Shown here: positions 39,014-47,556 of the stretch, in pieces
How the letters are laid out: the number at the start of each line of letters is the position of its first letter
Numbering within the stretch: the first letter of the stretch is position 1
Source: Conexivisphaerales archaeon
GTDB lineage: Archaea; Thermoproteota; Nitrososphaeria; Conexivisphaerales; DTJL01
Direction of reading: 5' to 3'
DNA: 64,000 nt
Assembly (NCBI GenBank): GCA_049509455.1
Contig: JBEKZX010000001.1
Coordinates: 32,001-96,000 of the forward strand
The notes under the pieces: model-generated
Told to the model about the DNA's origin: nothing
The model's input: the letters and a program-made list of their open reading frames with translations, nothing else
Databases searched by the model: none
Made by a program: the position numbers and the translations under genes

Positions 39014-39850
39014 CTACCCAGGGGGAATGCCGAGCTTCTCACGTATCGCCTGGCTCTTCTCGGTCGCCTCCATCACGGCTCGCATGAGCGCCTGCCTAAT
39101 CTGGCTGCCCTCTAGCTCGTAAATGGCTTCGATAGTGGTGCCGCCCGGCGTCGTGACCATGTCTTTGACCTTCGCGGGGTTCTCCTTCAGCTCGAGCACC
39201 AGCTTCCCCGTTCCAAGAACCGTCTGGGCGGAGCTCATTAGGGCCAGGTCCCTGGGCAGGCCCACCCTCAGCCCCGCGTACATCAGCCCCTCTATGATGA
39301 TCGAAAGGTAGCCGGGGCCGCTCCCGCTCAGGGCGGTGATGGCGTCCATATGCCTTTCCTCCACCTCGGCGCAGATGCCGAACTCCTGAAACAAGCCGTG
39401 GACAAGCTTCCTGTCCTGCGCCGTCACACCTTCTCCGCAGCAGTATCCTGTGAACGACTCGCCGACCAGCACGGCAACGTTGGGCATGGCCCTCACGAAC
39501 CTGGCTCCCGGGACGAGCTTCGCGTAGAAATCTAGGGGGACGGTCGCCGCGGTCGAGATCACCAGCTTCCCCGCCAACTCCCGGGACATCTCCTTGAGCA
39601 CCTTCGAGGCGTCGGCAGGCTTGACGCAGAGGAAGACGATGTCCGCTTCCCTTGCGGCCCTCCTATTGTCCGAAGTGACTTCAGCGCCCAAGGCTTCAAG
39701 TTCACTGGCGTTCTTGACAATCCTTCTGGTGGCGAGGACCCTCCTTCCCTTGGCGCTTAGAAGGCTCTTCGCTATGGCCCCTCCGATGACCCCTGCGCCA
39801 ATGACGGCGACGGTCTCACGTTTTCTAGCCTTTCCGAGTCTTGAGCTCAA
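39014..39850 (-). CDS. proC: pyrroline-5-carboxylate reductase
   Basis: GAGVIG, RAMPNV, ALSGSGPGY, VTTPGGTT. TTG 39850 preferred because the track ATG 39880 sits in the TATA box. Confidence 0.93.
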   Translation of the reverse strand: MSSRLGKARKRETVAVIGAGVIGGAIAKSLLSAKGRRVLATRRIVKNASELEALGAEVTSDNRRAAREADIVFLCVKPADASKVLKEMSRELAGKLVISTAATVPLDFYAKLVPGARFVRAMPNVAVLVGESFTGYCCGEGVTAQDRKLVHGLFQEFGICAEVEERHMDAITALSGSGPGYLSIIIEGLMYAGLRVGLPRDLALMSSAQTVLGTGKLVLELKENPAKVKDMVTTPGGTTIEAIYELEGSQIRQALMRAVMEATEKSQAIREKLGIPPG

Positions 39851-40050
39851 CTGAACGTTCCCCTGCGTCTCGCCTTTCATATAAGCTTGTCCGCTTCGAG
39901 CGCCACTCGGGCCACTTGATCATTCAAACTCTTAGGGGCGAGGACGCAAGGGTTCGGGCACAGACCGATATCCATTCTGATCTGACCGGGCCGGTCAGGG
40001 GAAAGAGGACAACGTTATTAGATGTCTGAAGAGAGAAGAGCGCTTCGCGA

Positions 40051-40311
40051 TTGAACAGGCCGTCTGCCGCCATTATGGTTGACGTCAGGGATCAGCCCTG
40101 CCCAAACCCCATGCTCATCGTCAAGAAGGCCATGCGGACTGCCCAGGCCGGTGAGCTCTTCGAGGTGATTGTGAACGACCGGCTCGCCAAGGAAAACGTT
40201 TTGAGCTTTTGCTGGAACCGAGGAGAGGAAGTCATGAATTCTTGGGAGGACGAAGTTGACTTCCACCTGCTGATCAGGAAGTCCTCTACCCGGAATCCTA
40301 ATCGGGGCTAG
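40051..40311 (+). CDS. TusA/SirA-family sulfur carrier
   Basis: DVRDQPCPNP motif. Confidence 0.85.
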   Translation: MNRPSAAIMVDVRDQPCPNPMLIVKKAMRTAQAGELFEVIVNDRLAKENVLSFCWNRGEEVMNSWEDEVDFHLLIRKSSTRNPNRG

Positions 40312-40394
40312 CCGTTCCGACGATTAAGCATCGCCAATCAGAAACAACAAGAAAGAACGCATGTGTGGACAGGTATGTCTCTCGCTTCGCAGGC

Positions 40395-40652
40395 TTAGGC
40401 ACGCGCGGCCTTGGCGTGTTCCTTGTAAGCTTGGGCACAGGCCTTCGCATGGAAGGGAAGCTCTTTCTTACCGATCGTTTCGACGTAGGGCTCATATGCT
40501 ATGACGCCTCCGCAGAACGCGCACTTCCGCTCGCCGTAGGCGTCAGCGCAAGCCTTCGCATGGAACGGGAGCTTCTTCCCACCTATGGTCGTAAAGTATG
40601 GATTGTAAGCGATGATTCCCCCGCAAAACGCACACTTCGGTTCTTTCGCCAA
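40395..40652 (-). CDS. small protein of two tandem TRASH/YHS-like metal-binding repeats
   Basis: Two 37-aa-period units CAFCGGxIAYxPYxxTIGxKxLPFHAKACAxAY; TTG 40652 lies about 35 nt behind a TTTAAG box. Confidence 0.8.
   Translation of the reverse strand: MAKEPKCAFCGGIIAYNPYFTTIGGKKLPFHAKACADAYGERKCAFCGGVIAYEPYVETIGKKELPFHAKACAQAYKEHAKAARA
40425..40637 (-). repeat. intragenic tandem duplication, 111-nt period
   Basis: Units near-identical in protein but diverged at synonymous sites. Confidence 0.8.
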
Positions 40653-40796
40653 TTCGCTTCGCTCTGGTATATCGCGGCTGAGCTTAAATACCTTTAGCCA
40701 GCTGTAGCAAATCTTCAAGGACGCATTACAGCCTTGCAAACTCAAATTCGTGTTGTGGGCTTTTCCGAGACAGTAGGCAATCCACTGGAGGACTCT

Positions 40797-41534
40797 TCAG
40801 CTCTTGCCGATCCTCTGCTTAAGCTCGTCAATGATCTGGAAGCCGGACCACGTGCCAAGGATAGAAGCCCCGTCGTCTATCAAGCGCAAAGCCGTGTCCA
40901 GGTCCCTGATTCCACCGGCAGCCTTGACTTGGACTTCTGAACTCACCGTGGTCCGCAGGAAGCGGATACCTTCATCCGTCGCTGGCCCTCCCGTCCCCCA
41001 CCCGCTGGAGTTGGTTACAGCTGCCATTCCAGCCTGTTCGGCCAGCAATGCAGCCCTTATCCGCTCGTCGATGTTCAGCTGAGGAAGCTCCAAAGCCGCG
41101 ATTACCGGCCTACCCTGCGCCGATCTCACTACCGCGGCCAGCTCTTCCCTGAATCTAGTGTACAGGCCGGATCTGAGGTAGCCCAGATTCGGCAGGTAGT
41201 CAAACATGTCTGCTCCAGCTGTAATCCCGCGTTCGACTTCAATGACCTTGGCCTCCATAGTAGAGCCGCCCAAGGAGTACCCAACGAAGACCGAAAGCTG
41301 TACGTCCTGTCCTTTGATTACATGCTTGACATCTTCCGCCCAGCAGCCCTGGATGGCAAGGGCACGGAATCCATATTCGGCTGACTTTGTCGCGAATGAG
41401 AGTATCTCCTGCCAGGACGCTCCGGGTGGGGAGAAGGAGCTATGGATTATCGAGCACAGCCTCTTCACTGAGGGCAATTCTCTGGTCGACAAGCCACTTG
41501 TCAAGTGGTTCGCCGCCTTCTCTTTAAAGAGCAT
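40797..41534 (-). CDS. deoxyribose-phosphate aldolase (DeoC)-like protein with altered active site
   Basis: VGYSLG, AKVIE, GAD..D, VKAAGGIR, LGTWSG; canonical KTSTG appears as TNSSG. Confidence 0.8.
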   Translation of the reverse strand: MLFKEKAANHLTSGLSTRELPSVKRLCSIIHSSFSPPGASWQEILSFATKSAEYGFRALAIQGCWAEDVKHVIKGQDVQLSVFVGYSLGGSTMEAKVIEVERGITAGADMFDYLPNLGYLRSGLYTRFREELAAVVRSAQGRPVIAALELPQLNIDERIRAALLAEQAGMAAVTNSSGWGTGGPATDEGIRFLRTTVSSEVQVKAAGGIRDLDTALRLIDDGASILGTWSGFQIIDELKQRIGKS

Positions 41535-41661
41535 GGGTCTGAAGCTTCATCCTTAGACATCTACAGTTCGGGGACAGGCGAACGCAGGGAATCGCCGGAG
41601 CGGCGGCGAAGCTGAGCGTTCAAGACCAGGGGAACAATCGACTCTGAGAAAGGAAGCTAGG

Positions 41662-41776
41662 CGGGCCTGGAGGGATTCGGACCCCCGACCTACTGGTTTC
41701 TCCGGCACCCGATCGGTGTCGTAAGAGCCAGCCGCTCTAGGCGAGGTCAATCTCTACCTGGCTGAGCTACAGGCCC
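41662..41776 (-). tRNA. tRNA-Lys (CTT) with two introns: 22/23 (41737-41753) and 37/38 (41698-41721)
   Basis: GGGCCTG/CAGGCCC acceptor; removing 17 and 24 nt gives a 74-nt cloverleaf; BHB central helices AGGT/GCCT and CTCT/GGAG; T-loop TCCGAAT. Confidence 0.9.
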
Positions 41777-41888
41777 ACAGCGATAGCGTTTTTTGTGTGG
41801 ATTATTTAAGGCTTTGAGGCTGACCGCCGTCTGTCGAAGAATCAAACTTCAAACTTTAATTCAGGGCGCATGCGCCCGTCGAGTTATC

Positions 41889-42617
41889 ATGAACGTGGTC
41901 GAGGGGAGGGACCTCACGAAGGTGTACGGCTCGATCGTCGCCTTAGATGGAATCACTTTCGAAGTGCGACAGGGGGAGATCTTTGGTCTCATCGGTCCCA
42001 ATGGGTCCGGGAAGACCACCACGCTTCGGATCCTTTCCACCCTCATTAAGCCCACGTCGGGCAGCGCCATCGTCCTCGGCTACGACGTCGTCAAGGACGC
42101 GCAGAAGGTCAAGAGCTTGATTAGCTACCTTCCCGGCGAGGCCGGAGCATACCAGAACCTGTCGGGCAAGGAGTACCTTCACTTCATGGCCAACCTCTAT
42201 GCTTCGAACCGCGAGGAGCTGGATCAGATGGTCACCGCCGCCAGCGACATTTCCGGGCTAGGCGACAGGCTGAAGGACAAGGCCAAGACCTACAGCCAGG
42301 GGATGGGGAGGAGGCTCCTCATCGCCCGCTCTCTGATGTTCAAGCCGAAGCTGGCCATCATGGACGAGCCCACGTCGGGGCTGGACGTTGTGCACGCCAC
42401 CTACGTGCGCCGTATGGTCAAGGACTACGTGCGCAACTTCGGCGTGACGGTCCTCCTTTCCAGCCACAACATGCTGGAGGTCGACTATCTCTGCGACAGG
42501 ATAGCGCTCATAAACACCGGCCGCCTCCTGGCCGTGGGTTCTCCCAGCGAGGTCAAGGCCTCTGCAAGGGCCGAGAACCTCGAGGAGGCATTCATGAAGG
42601 TGATCAACAACGGCTAG
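41889..42617 (+). CDS. ABC-2 type transporter ATP-binding protein
   Basis: GPNGSGKTT, YSQGM signature, IMDEPTSGLD, SSH. Confidence 0.93.
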   Translation: MNVVEGRDLTKVYGSIVALDGITFEVRQGEIFGLIGPNGSGKTTTLRILSTLIKPTSGSAIVLGYDVVKDAQKVKSLISYLPGEAGAYQNLSGKEYLHFMANLYASNREELDQMVTAASDISGLGDRLKDKAKTYSQGMGRRLLIARSLMFKPKLAIMDEPTSGLDVVHATYVRRMVKDYVRNFGVTVLLSSHNMLEVDYLCDRIALINTGRLLAVGSPSEVKASARAENLEEAFMKVINNG

Positions 42618-42636
42618 CGTCTTCAGGACCCTGGTC

Positions 42637-43905
42637 ATGAAAGAGCTGCGGGACCTCCTCAAGGACCCGAAGCTGCTCTTCGGGATGATAGTCGTGCCGC
42701 TCCTGATGTACCCTCTGATGGGCGTGGCCATCAACGTGTCCACTCAAGCCGTGCAGAATAGCATTGGCACGGGTAACTTCGCCATCATGGACCTCGACGG
42801 AGGAAACTACTCCTCCCTGGCAGTGCAGTACTTCACTTCGCTCCCTAATGTCACCGTCAACGTTATACAGCCTGAACAGATTAGCGCCGCCATAACGGAC
42901 GCTCAGCACCTGAACGCCACTACCCTCGTCGTCATACCGCAAGGCTTCAGCCAGAATGTGACGGACCGCGGCGAGGTCTCCCTCCAAACATATACGCCGC
43001 TGAAGACGTTCGCCACCACCGAATCGGCAAAGGCGGGAGTGGTCTCCGACATCATCTCCTCCTTCTCCAGCTATCTCTCAGCCTACTACATCCAGACTGC
43101 CGACCCCACGCTCAACTCATCCGTTGTCATGCAGCCCCTGCAGGTGAACGCCACCAGCATCGTCAACGGCGAGCAGGTGGACATACCTCCCTCCACGCTG
43201 GACAGCATCATGCTGAGCCAGTCCTTCGGGACTCCCATCGCACTGATGGTTGTAATCATCCTGGCCATGCAGATCGCCGCCACCGCCATCGCCGTGGAGA
43301 AGGAGCAGAAGACCCTCGAGACCCTTCTCACCCTTCCGGTGTCCAGGTTCAACATTCTGTCCGCCAAGCTCATAGGTTCCACGGTCATCGCCGGCCTCGG
43401 GGCAGTGACCACGGTCATCGGCTACACCTACTACATAGATTCCTTCTCAAGCTCCTTCACAACCGCCACGTCGGTATCCTTCAATCTGGCGCCCTCTCTC
43501 CTCTTCTATGTCATCCTTGGAGCCCTTCTGTTCCTGACCCTCGCCTTCGCCACGTCGCTGGCCATCGTGATAGGGGTCTTCTGCGAGGACGTGCGCAGCG
43601 CTCAGGCCGTCGTCGGCTACCTCATCATACCCATCATGATTCCGACCTTCATGCTCCTCTTCAGCGACCTGCAGAGCTTCTCCACCGGAATACAGGTAGG
43701 CCTCCTTCTCTTCCCCTTCTCCTACGCGACGATCTTCTCCAAGATGGCCTATACGGGCAATTACACCATCGGTCTCCTGGGGATTGGCTACGTACTCCTC
43801 TGGACCGTCATCGTGCTTTACATCGGCTCCAGGATCTTCAGCTCGGAGAAGGTGCTGACGGCCAAGTTCACTTTTTCGAGGAAGAAGAAGCAGCGTCAGG
43901 AATGA
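42637..43905 (+). CDS. ABC-2 type permease (NatB-like)
   Basis: KELRDLL, AVEKEQKTLETLLTLPVSR..ILSAK; start may be ACG 42610 (see findings). Confidence 0.9.
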   Translation: MKELRDLLKDPKLLFGMIVVPLLMYPLMGVAINVSTQAVQNSIGTGNFAIMDLDGGNYSSLAVQYFTSLPNVTVNVIQPEQISAAITDAQHLNATTLVVIPQGFSQNVTDRGEVSLQTYTPLKTFATTESAKAGVVSDIISSFSSYLSAYYIQTADPTLNSSVVMQPLQVNATSIVNGEQVDIPPSTLDSIMLSQSFGTPIALMVVIILAMQIAATAIAVEKEQKTLETLLTLPVSRFNILSAKLIGSTVIAGLGAVTTVIGYTYYIDSFSSSFTTATSVSFNLAPSLLFYVILGALLFLTLAFATSLAIVIGVFCEDVRSAQAVVGYLIIPIMIPTFMLLFSDLQSFSTGIQVGLLLFPFSYATIFSKMAYTGNYTIGLLGIGYVLLWTVIVLYIGSRIFSSEKVLTAKFTFSRKKKQRQE

Positions 43906-44663
43906 GCCCTTGCGCCCACACCCTTTGACAGTGACCTGAAGGCTTCGGCGAGCTCCTTGTTGTTCTTGAGGAGTAGCAGGAGGCCTTCCTCGTTCACCTT
44001 CGGCTCCAGCGGTATCTCGGCCAGGAGCTTCGCTCCCAGAACCTTCTCCACGGACTTCGGCTCAGCTTTGCCGAGCACGTAAAGCTTCTTCTTGCCCACC
44101 ACTAGGTAGCTCATGTTCAGCACGAACCCGACCACCTCGACCTTCTCCTGCTTGGCCAGCTTCGACAGCTTGGCCACGACGGAAAGGGCGCGCTTCGAAG
44201 GGGTGGCCACCAGCAAGAGGCGACAGTTGTCGGCGAAGAGCCTAAAGGCGGCGAGCAGCTCGTCTCCCGTCCCCGGAGGCAGGTCCACCACCATGTAATC
44301 CAGCCTCCCCCAGTTGGTCTGGGCTAGGAGCTGGGTCACCAATGCCTGCTTCTCCCCTCCCTTCAGGGGGGCCGGCCTGTCACCGGTGAAGAACCCAACG
44401 GACATGGTCTTCAGCTTCCCGATGGCCTTGGGCTCCAGCCCCTCCTTAGTGCTCCTAATGGGCGGTCTGGCGTCAAGGTAGCTTGGAAGGCTGGGGCCGT
44501 GCACATCGATGTCTAGGAGCGCCGTCGAAAAGCCCTCCTTGGACAGGGTCACGGCTAGGGCGCTCGCCACGAAACTCTTCCCCACTCCGCCCTTACCGCT
44601 GCCGACCAATATTACGTGTCTGATCCGCTTCAGCCTTGTGAACGCCTGGTCTTGCTGGAACAT
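43896..44663 (-). CDS. Mrp/MinD-family P-loop ATPase, candidate ATPase-type HypB
   Basis: GSGKGGVGKS, DIDVHGPS, DLPPGTGD; no CxxC; directly downstream of hypA. Confidence 0.85.
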   Translation of the reverse strand: MFQQDQAFTRLKRIRHVILVGSGKGGVGKSFVASALAVTLSKEGFSTALLDIDVHGPSLPSYLDARPPIRSTKEGLEPKAIGKLKTMSVGFFTGDRPAPLKGGEKQALVTQLLAQTNWGRLDYMVVDLPPGTGDELLAAFRLFADNCRLLLVATPSKRALSVVAKLSKLAKQEKVEVVGFVLNMSYLVVGKKKLYVLGKAEPKSVEKVLGAKLLAEIPLEPKVNEEGLLLLLKNNKELAEAFRSLSKGVGARAHS

Positions 44664-44674
44664 CAGAGGCGTTT

Positions 44675-45121
44675 CTATTCACTCTTCTCCAGGACGAGCC
44701 TGGTGATCTTGATTACGCCGCCGTCGCTGAGGAAGATGTCCGAGCTTCCGCACTTTGGGCAGTGGATGAAAGCCGGGTAGAGTTCCGGAAGGAAGTGGAG
44801 CGGGAGCTCCTTGCTTTCGGGCTCGCTGATCATCAGCTCCGCGGCGACGCCCTTCAGTTGCTTCTTCGCCTCCTCGATGCCCCACTTCGCGGAACACTTC
44901 TGGCATGTGAAGGCGGCCTTGTCGTCGGTGACCTCCAGCTCGGCGCCGCCCAAAACTGGGCCCTCCAGCAGCGACTTGAAGGACTCGACCAAGATGGGCT
45001 TGTCCAGCTGCATTAGCTCCCCTATGGCAAGGTGAATCTTCAGGACCTTCTTCGCTTCATGTTTGTCGGCCTCTGACAGGACGGAGGCGATGACGCTCTG
45101 GGCCAAGCTCATTTCATGCAA
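44675..45121 (-). CDS. hypA: hydrogenase nickel metallochaperone HypA
   Basis: MHEMSL, CQKC...CPKC with a long insertion containing HFLPEL. Confidence 0.93.
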   Translation of the reverse strand: MHEMSLAQSVIASVLSEADKHEAKKVLKIHLAIGELMQLDKPILVESFKSLLEGPVLGGAELEVTDDKAAFTCQKCSAKWGIEEAKKQLKGVAAELMISEPESKELPLHFLPELYPAFIHCPKCGSSDIFLSDGGVIKITRLVLEKSE

Positions 45122-45267
45122 GAGTGCTCACTTTCCTTCCTTGTTAGGTGCACCACGTAGACCGTATATGAGGCTTGTTGGTGAATGGGGGGAGTGGCCG
45201 TGTCTCATGGTCAACGCATAAATCACCCGACCGTCCCCTGGACCCGCATAGCCGAGCCTGATGCAAG

Positions 45268-47556
45268 ATGAAGGAAGCCCTGGAGCTGACCGTGACCGGC
45301 GTCGTCCAGGGCGTCGGCTTCCGGCCTTTCATCTACAGGCTCGCCACCAAGCACGGGCTATGCGGCTACGTCCAGAACGTGGGCGGGAGCGCCGTCACAG
45401 CCGTGGTGGAAGGCTCTCGCTCCTCCATCGAAGCCTTCGGACGCTCCATCGAGCCCGAGAAGCCCGTCGCGGCCTACATCGAGTCCATCGAGATGAGGCC
45501 GCTGGAGCCGAAGGGCTACGGCTCCTTCTCCATCTTGGAGAGCGACGCCAGCGCCAACAGCCCCTCTATGATACCCGCCGACATCGCCGTATGCAACGAC
45601 TGTCTCGGCGAGGTCCTGGACCCCCATAGCAGGTTCCACCTCTATCCATTCAACTCGTGCGCCGTCTGCGGCCCCAGGTACTCGGTGATCAAAGCGACGC
45701 CGTACGACCGTCCCAACACTTCGATGGAGCCCTTCAAGCTCTGCAAGGACTGCCGGCACGAATACGAAGACCCCGGGGACGTCCGGCGCTTCCACGTGCA
45801 GGGGATAAGCTGCCCCGCGTGCGGTCCTAGGGTCTGGCTGGAGGACCGCAGAGGCCGCGGGGTGGACGGCGTCGATCCCATTGAAGAGGTGGGGAGGCTC
45901 CTAAGTCAGGGGAAGATCGTTGCGATAAAGGGCCTGGGGGGCTTCCACGTTTCGGCTAGCGCCAGCGACGACAGCGTGGTTGAAAGGCTACGCGAAAGGA
46001 AGCGCCGGCCCAGCAAACCCTTCGCCGTGATGGCGCTAGACATGGAGGCCATCCGGATGTTGGGCGCCGCATCTCCTGCCCAGAGGAAGCTCCTGGACTC
46101 TCCGGAGAAGCCCATCGTCCTGGTGAATGCGCGAAAGGACACCCCGCTGTCCCCTCGAATCGCCCCCGGCCTCCGCCAGGTGGGCCTCTTTCTTCCCTAC
46201 ACTCCGCTCCACCACTTGATCCTCCGGCAGTTCAGGGACCATTTCGCCATAATGACCAGCGGTAACCCTCCCGGCGAGCCCATGTGCATCAACGAGCGCG
46301 ACGCCAAGGAGAAGCTTTCGCCCTTCGTCGACTTCTTCCTCCTTCACAATCGTCGCATAGTGAACAGGGTCGACGACAGCGTTGTGAGGACGACGGATGG
46401 ACGCCCGACGCTCCTTCGCCGGGGCCGGGGCTACGCTCCTAGATGGATAAACCTCCCGGCGAGACTGCTATCCCCCTCCGTCTGCTTCGGCGCCATGCTC
46501 CAGAGCGCGGGGGCCGTCGGCTTCGGCGACAAGGCCGTCCTCACCCAGTACATCGGGGACACCGACGAATACTTCACCTCACTGGAGCTGGAGAGGTACA
46601 TCCGACTCCTCCTCAAGAACTATGGGATTCGCCCCCAGGATTCCACCACAGTCTGCGACCTCCACCCAAACTATCCCAGCACGGCCTTGGCCGAGAGATG
46701 GAGCGAGAGGTTCCACTCCCCTCTGCGTAGGGTCCAGCACCACTGGGCCCACCTTGCGTCCGTGGCCGCAGAGCATCAGATCGAAGGCGAAGTCCTCGGT
46801 ATCGCCGTCGACGGCACGGGGTTCGGCGACGACGGCAACATCTGGGGAGGCGAAGTGATGCGTTTCAGCACGAAGGGTTATAGACGGCTGGGCCACCTCC
46901 AGTACCAGTCGCTCCCCGGCGGGGACCTGGCCTCCACATATCCTGCGAGGATGCTCGCCTCGGTCCTCTCCCGATTCCTAAGTGATTCCGAAATCGCCAA
47001 GCTCTTCTCCTCCAGAGATCTCCTTCGCGGCCTCCCCTATGGTCGCCAGGAGCTCGAAATAGTGCTCCAGCAGGCTCGTGCACCTGGCATAGCCACATCC
47101 AGCCTGGGGAGGGTTCTGGACGCGGCGTCCGCGTTTCTTGGAGTTAGTTTCATGCGCAGCTACGAAGGAGAGCCCGCCATCAGGCTAGAGGCTTCGTCGA
47201 GGCGGGGGGACCCACCCCTCAGGCCTCGTATACTGAAGGGGGAAATCGACATCCTTGACACGACCTCGCTCTTTGATCAGCTCCTTGAGCTGGGTAGCTC
47301 GCACGACGTGGGCCTCCTGGCCTATGCGGTGCAGCATTCCCTGGGCCTGGGGCTGGCGTCAATGGCCCTCTCTAGGTCCAGAAGGAGCGACGCCATGTTG
47401 GCCGTGTCAGGTGGCGCCGCCGTGAACACATACATTATGGAGGGGATACGGGAAGGGGCCCAGGGCCGGCTGAGGGTGCTGACGAACTCAAAGGCCCCTC
47501 CCGGCGACGGCGGCATAGCGCTGGGCCAGTGCGCCTTAGCAGATTCTGGGAACTAG
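45268..47556 (+). CDS. hypF: carbamoyltransferase HypF
   Basis: GVVQGVGFRPF acylphosphatase domain, two Zn fingers, KGLGGFH, DLHP, HHWAH, GDGGIALGQ. Confidence 0.96.
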   Translation: MKEALELTVTGVVQGVGFRPFIYRLATKHGLCGYVQNVGGSAVTAVVEGSRSSIEAFGRSIEPEKPVAAYIESIEMRPLEPKGYGSFSILESDASANSPSMIPADIAVCNDCLGEVLDPHSRFHLYPFNSCAVCGPRYSVIKATPYDRPNTSMEPFKLCKDCRHEYEDPGDVRRFHVQGISCPACGPRVWLEDRRGRGVDGVDPIEEVGRLLSQGKIVAIKGLGGFHVSASASDDSVVERLRERKRRPSKPFAVMALDMEAIRMLGAASPAQRKLLDSPEKPIVLVNARKDTPLSPRIAPGLRQVGLFLPYTPLHHLILRQFRDHFAIMTSGNPPGEPMCINERDAKEKLSPFVDFFLLHNRRIVNRVDDSVVRTTDGRPTLLRRGRGYAPRWINLPARLLSPSVCFGAMLQSAGAVGFGDKAVLTQYIGDTDEYFTSLELERYIRLLLKNYGIRPQDSTTVCDLHPNYPSTALAERWSERFHSPLRRVQHHWAHLASVAAEHQIEGEVLGIAVDGTGFGDDGNIWGGEVMRFSTKGYRRLGHLQYQSLPGGDLASTYPARMLASVLSRFLSDSEIAKLFSSRDLLRGLPYGRQELEIVLQQARAPGIATSSLGRVLDAASAFLGVSFMRSYEGEPAIRLEASSRRGDPPLRPRILKGEIDILDTTSLFDQLLELGSSHDVGLLAYAVQHSLGLGLASMALSRSRRSDAMLAVSGGAAVNTYIMEGIREGAQGRLRVLTNSKAPPGDGGIALGQCALADSGN

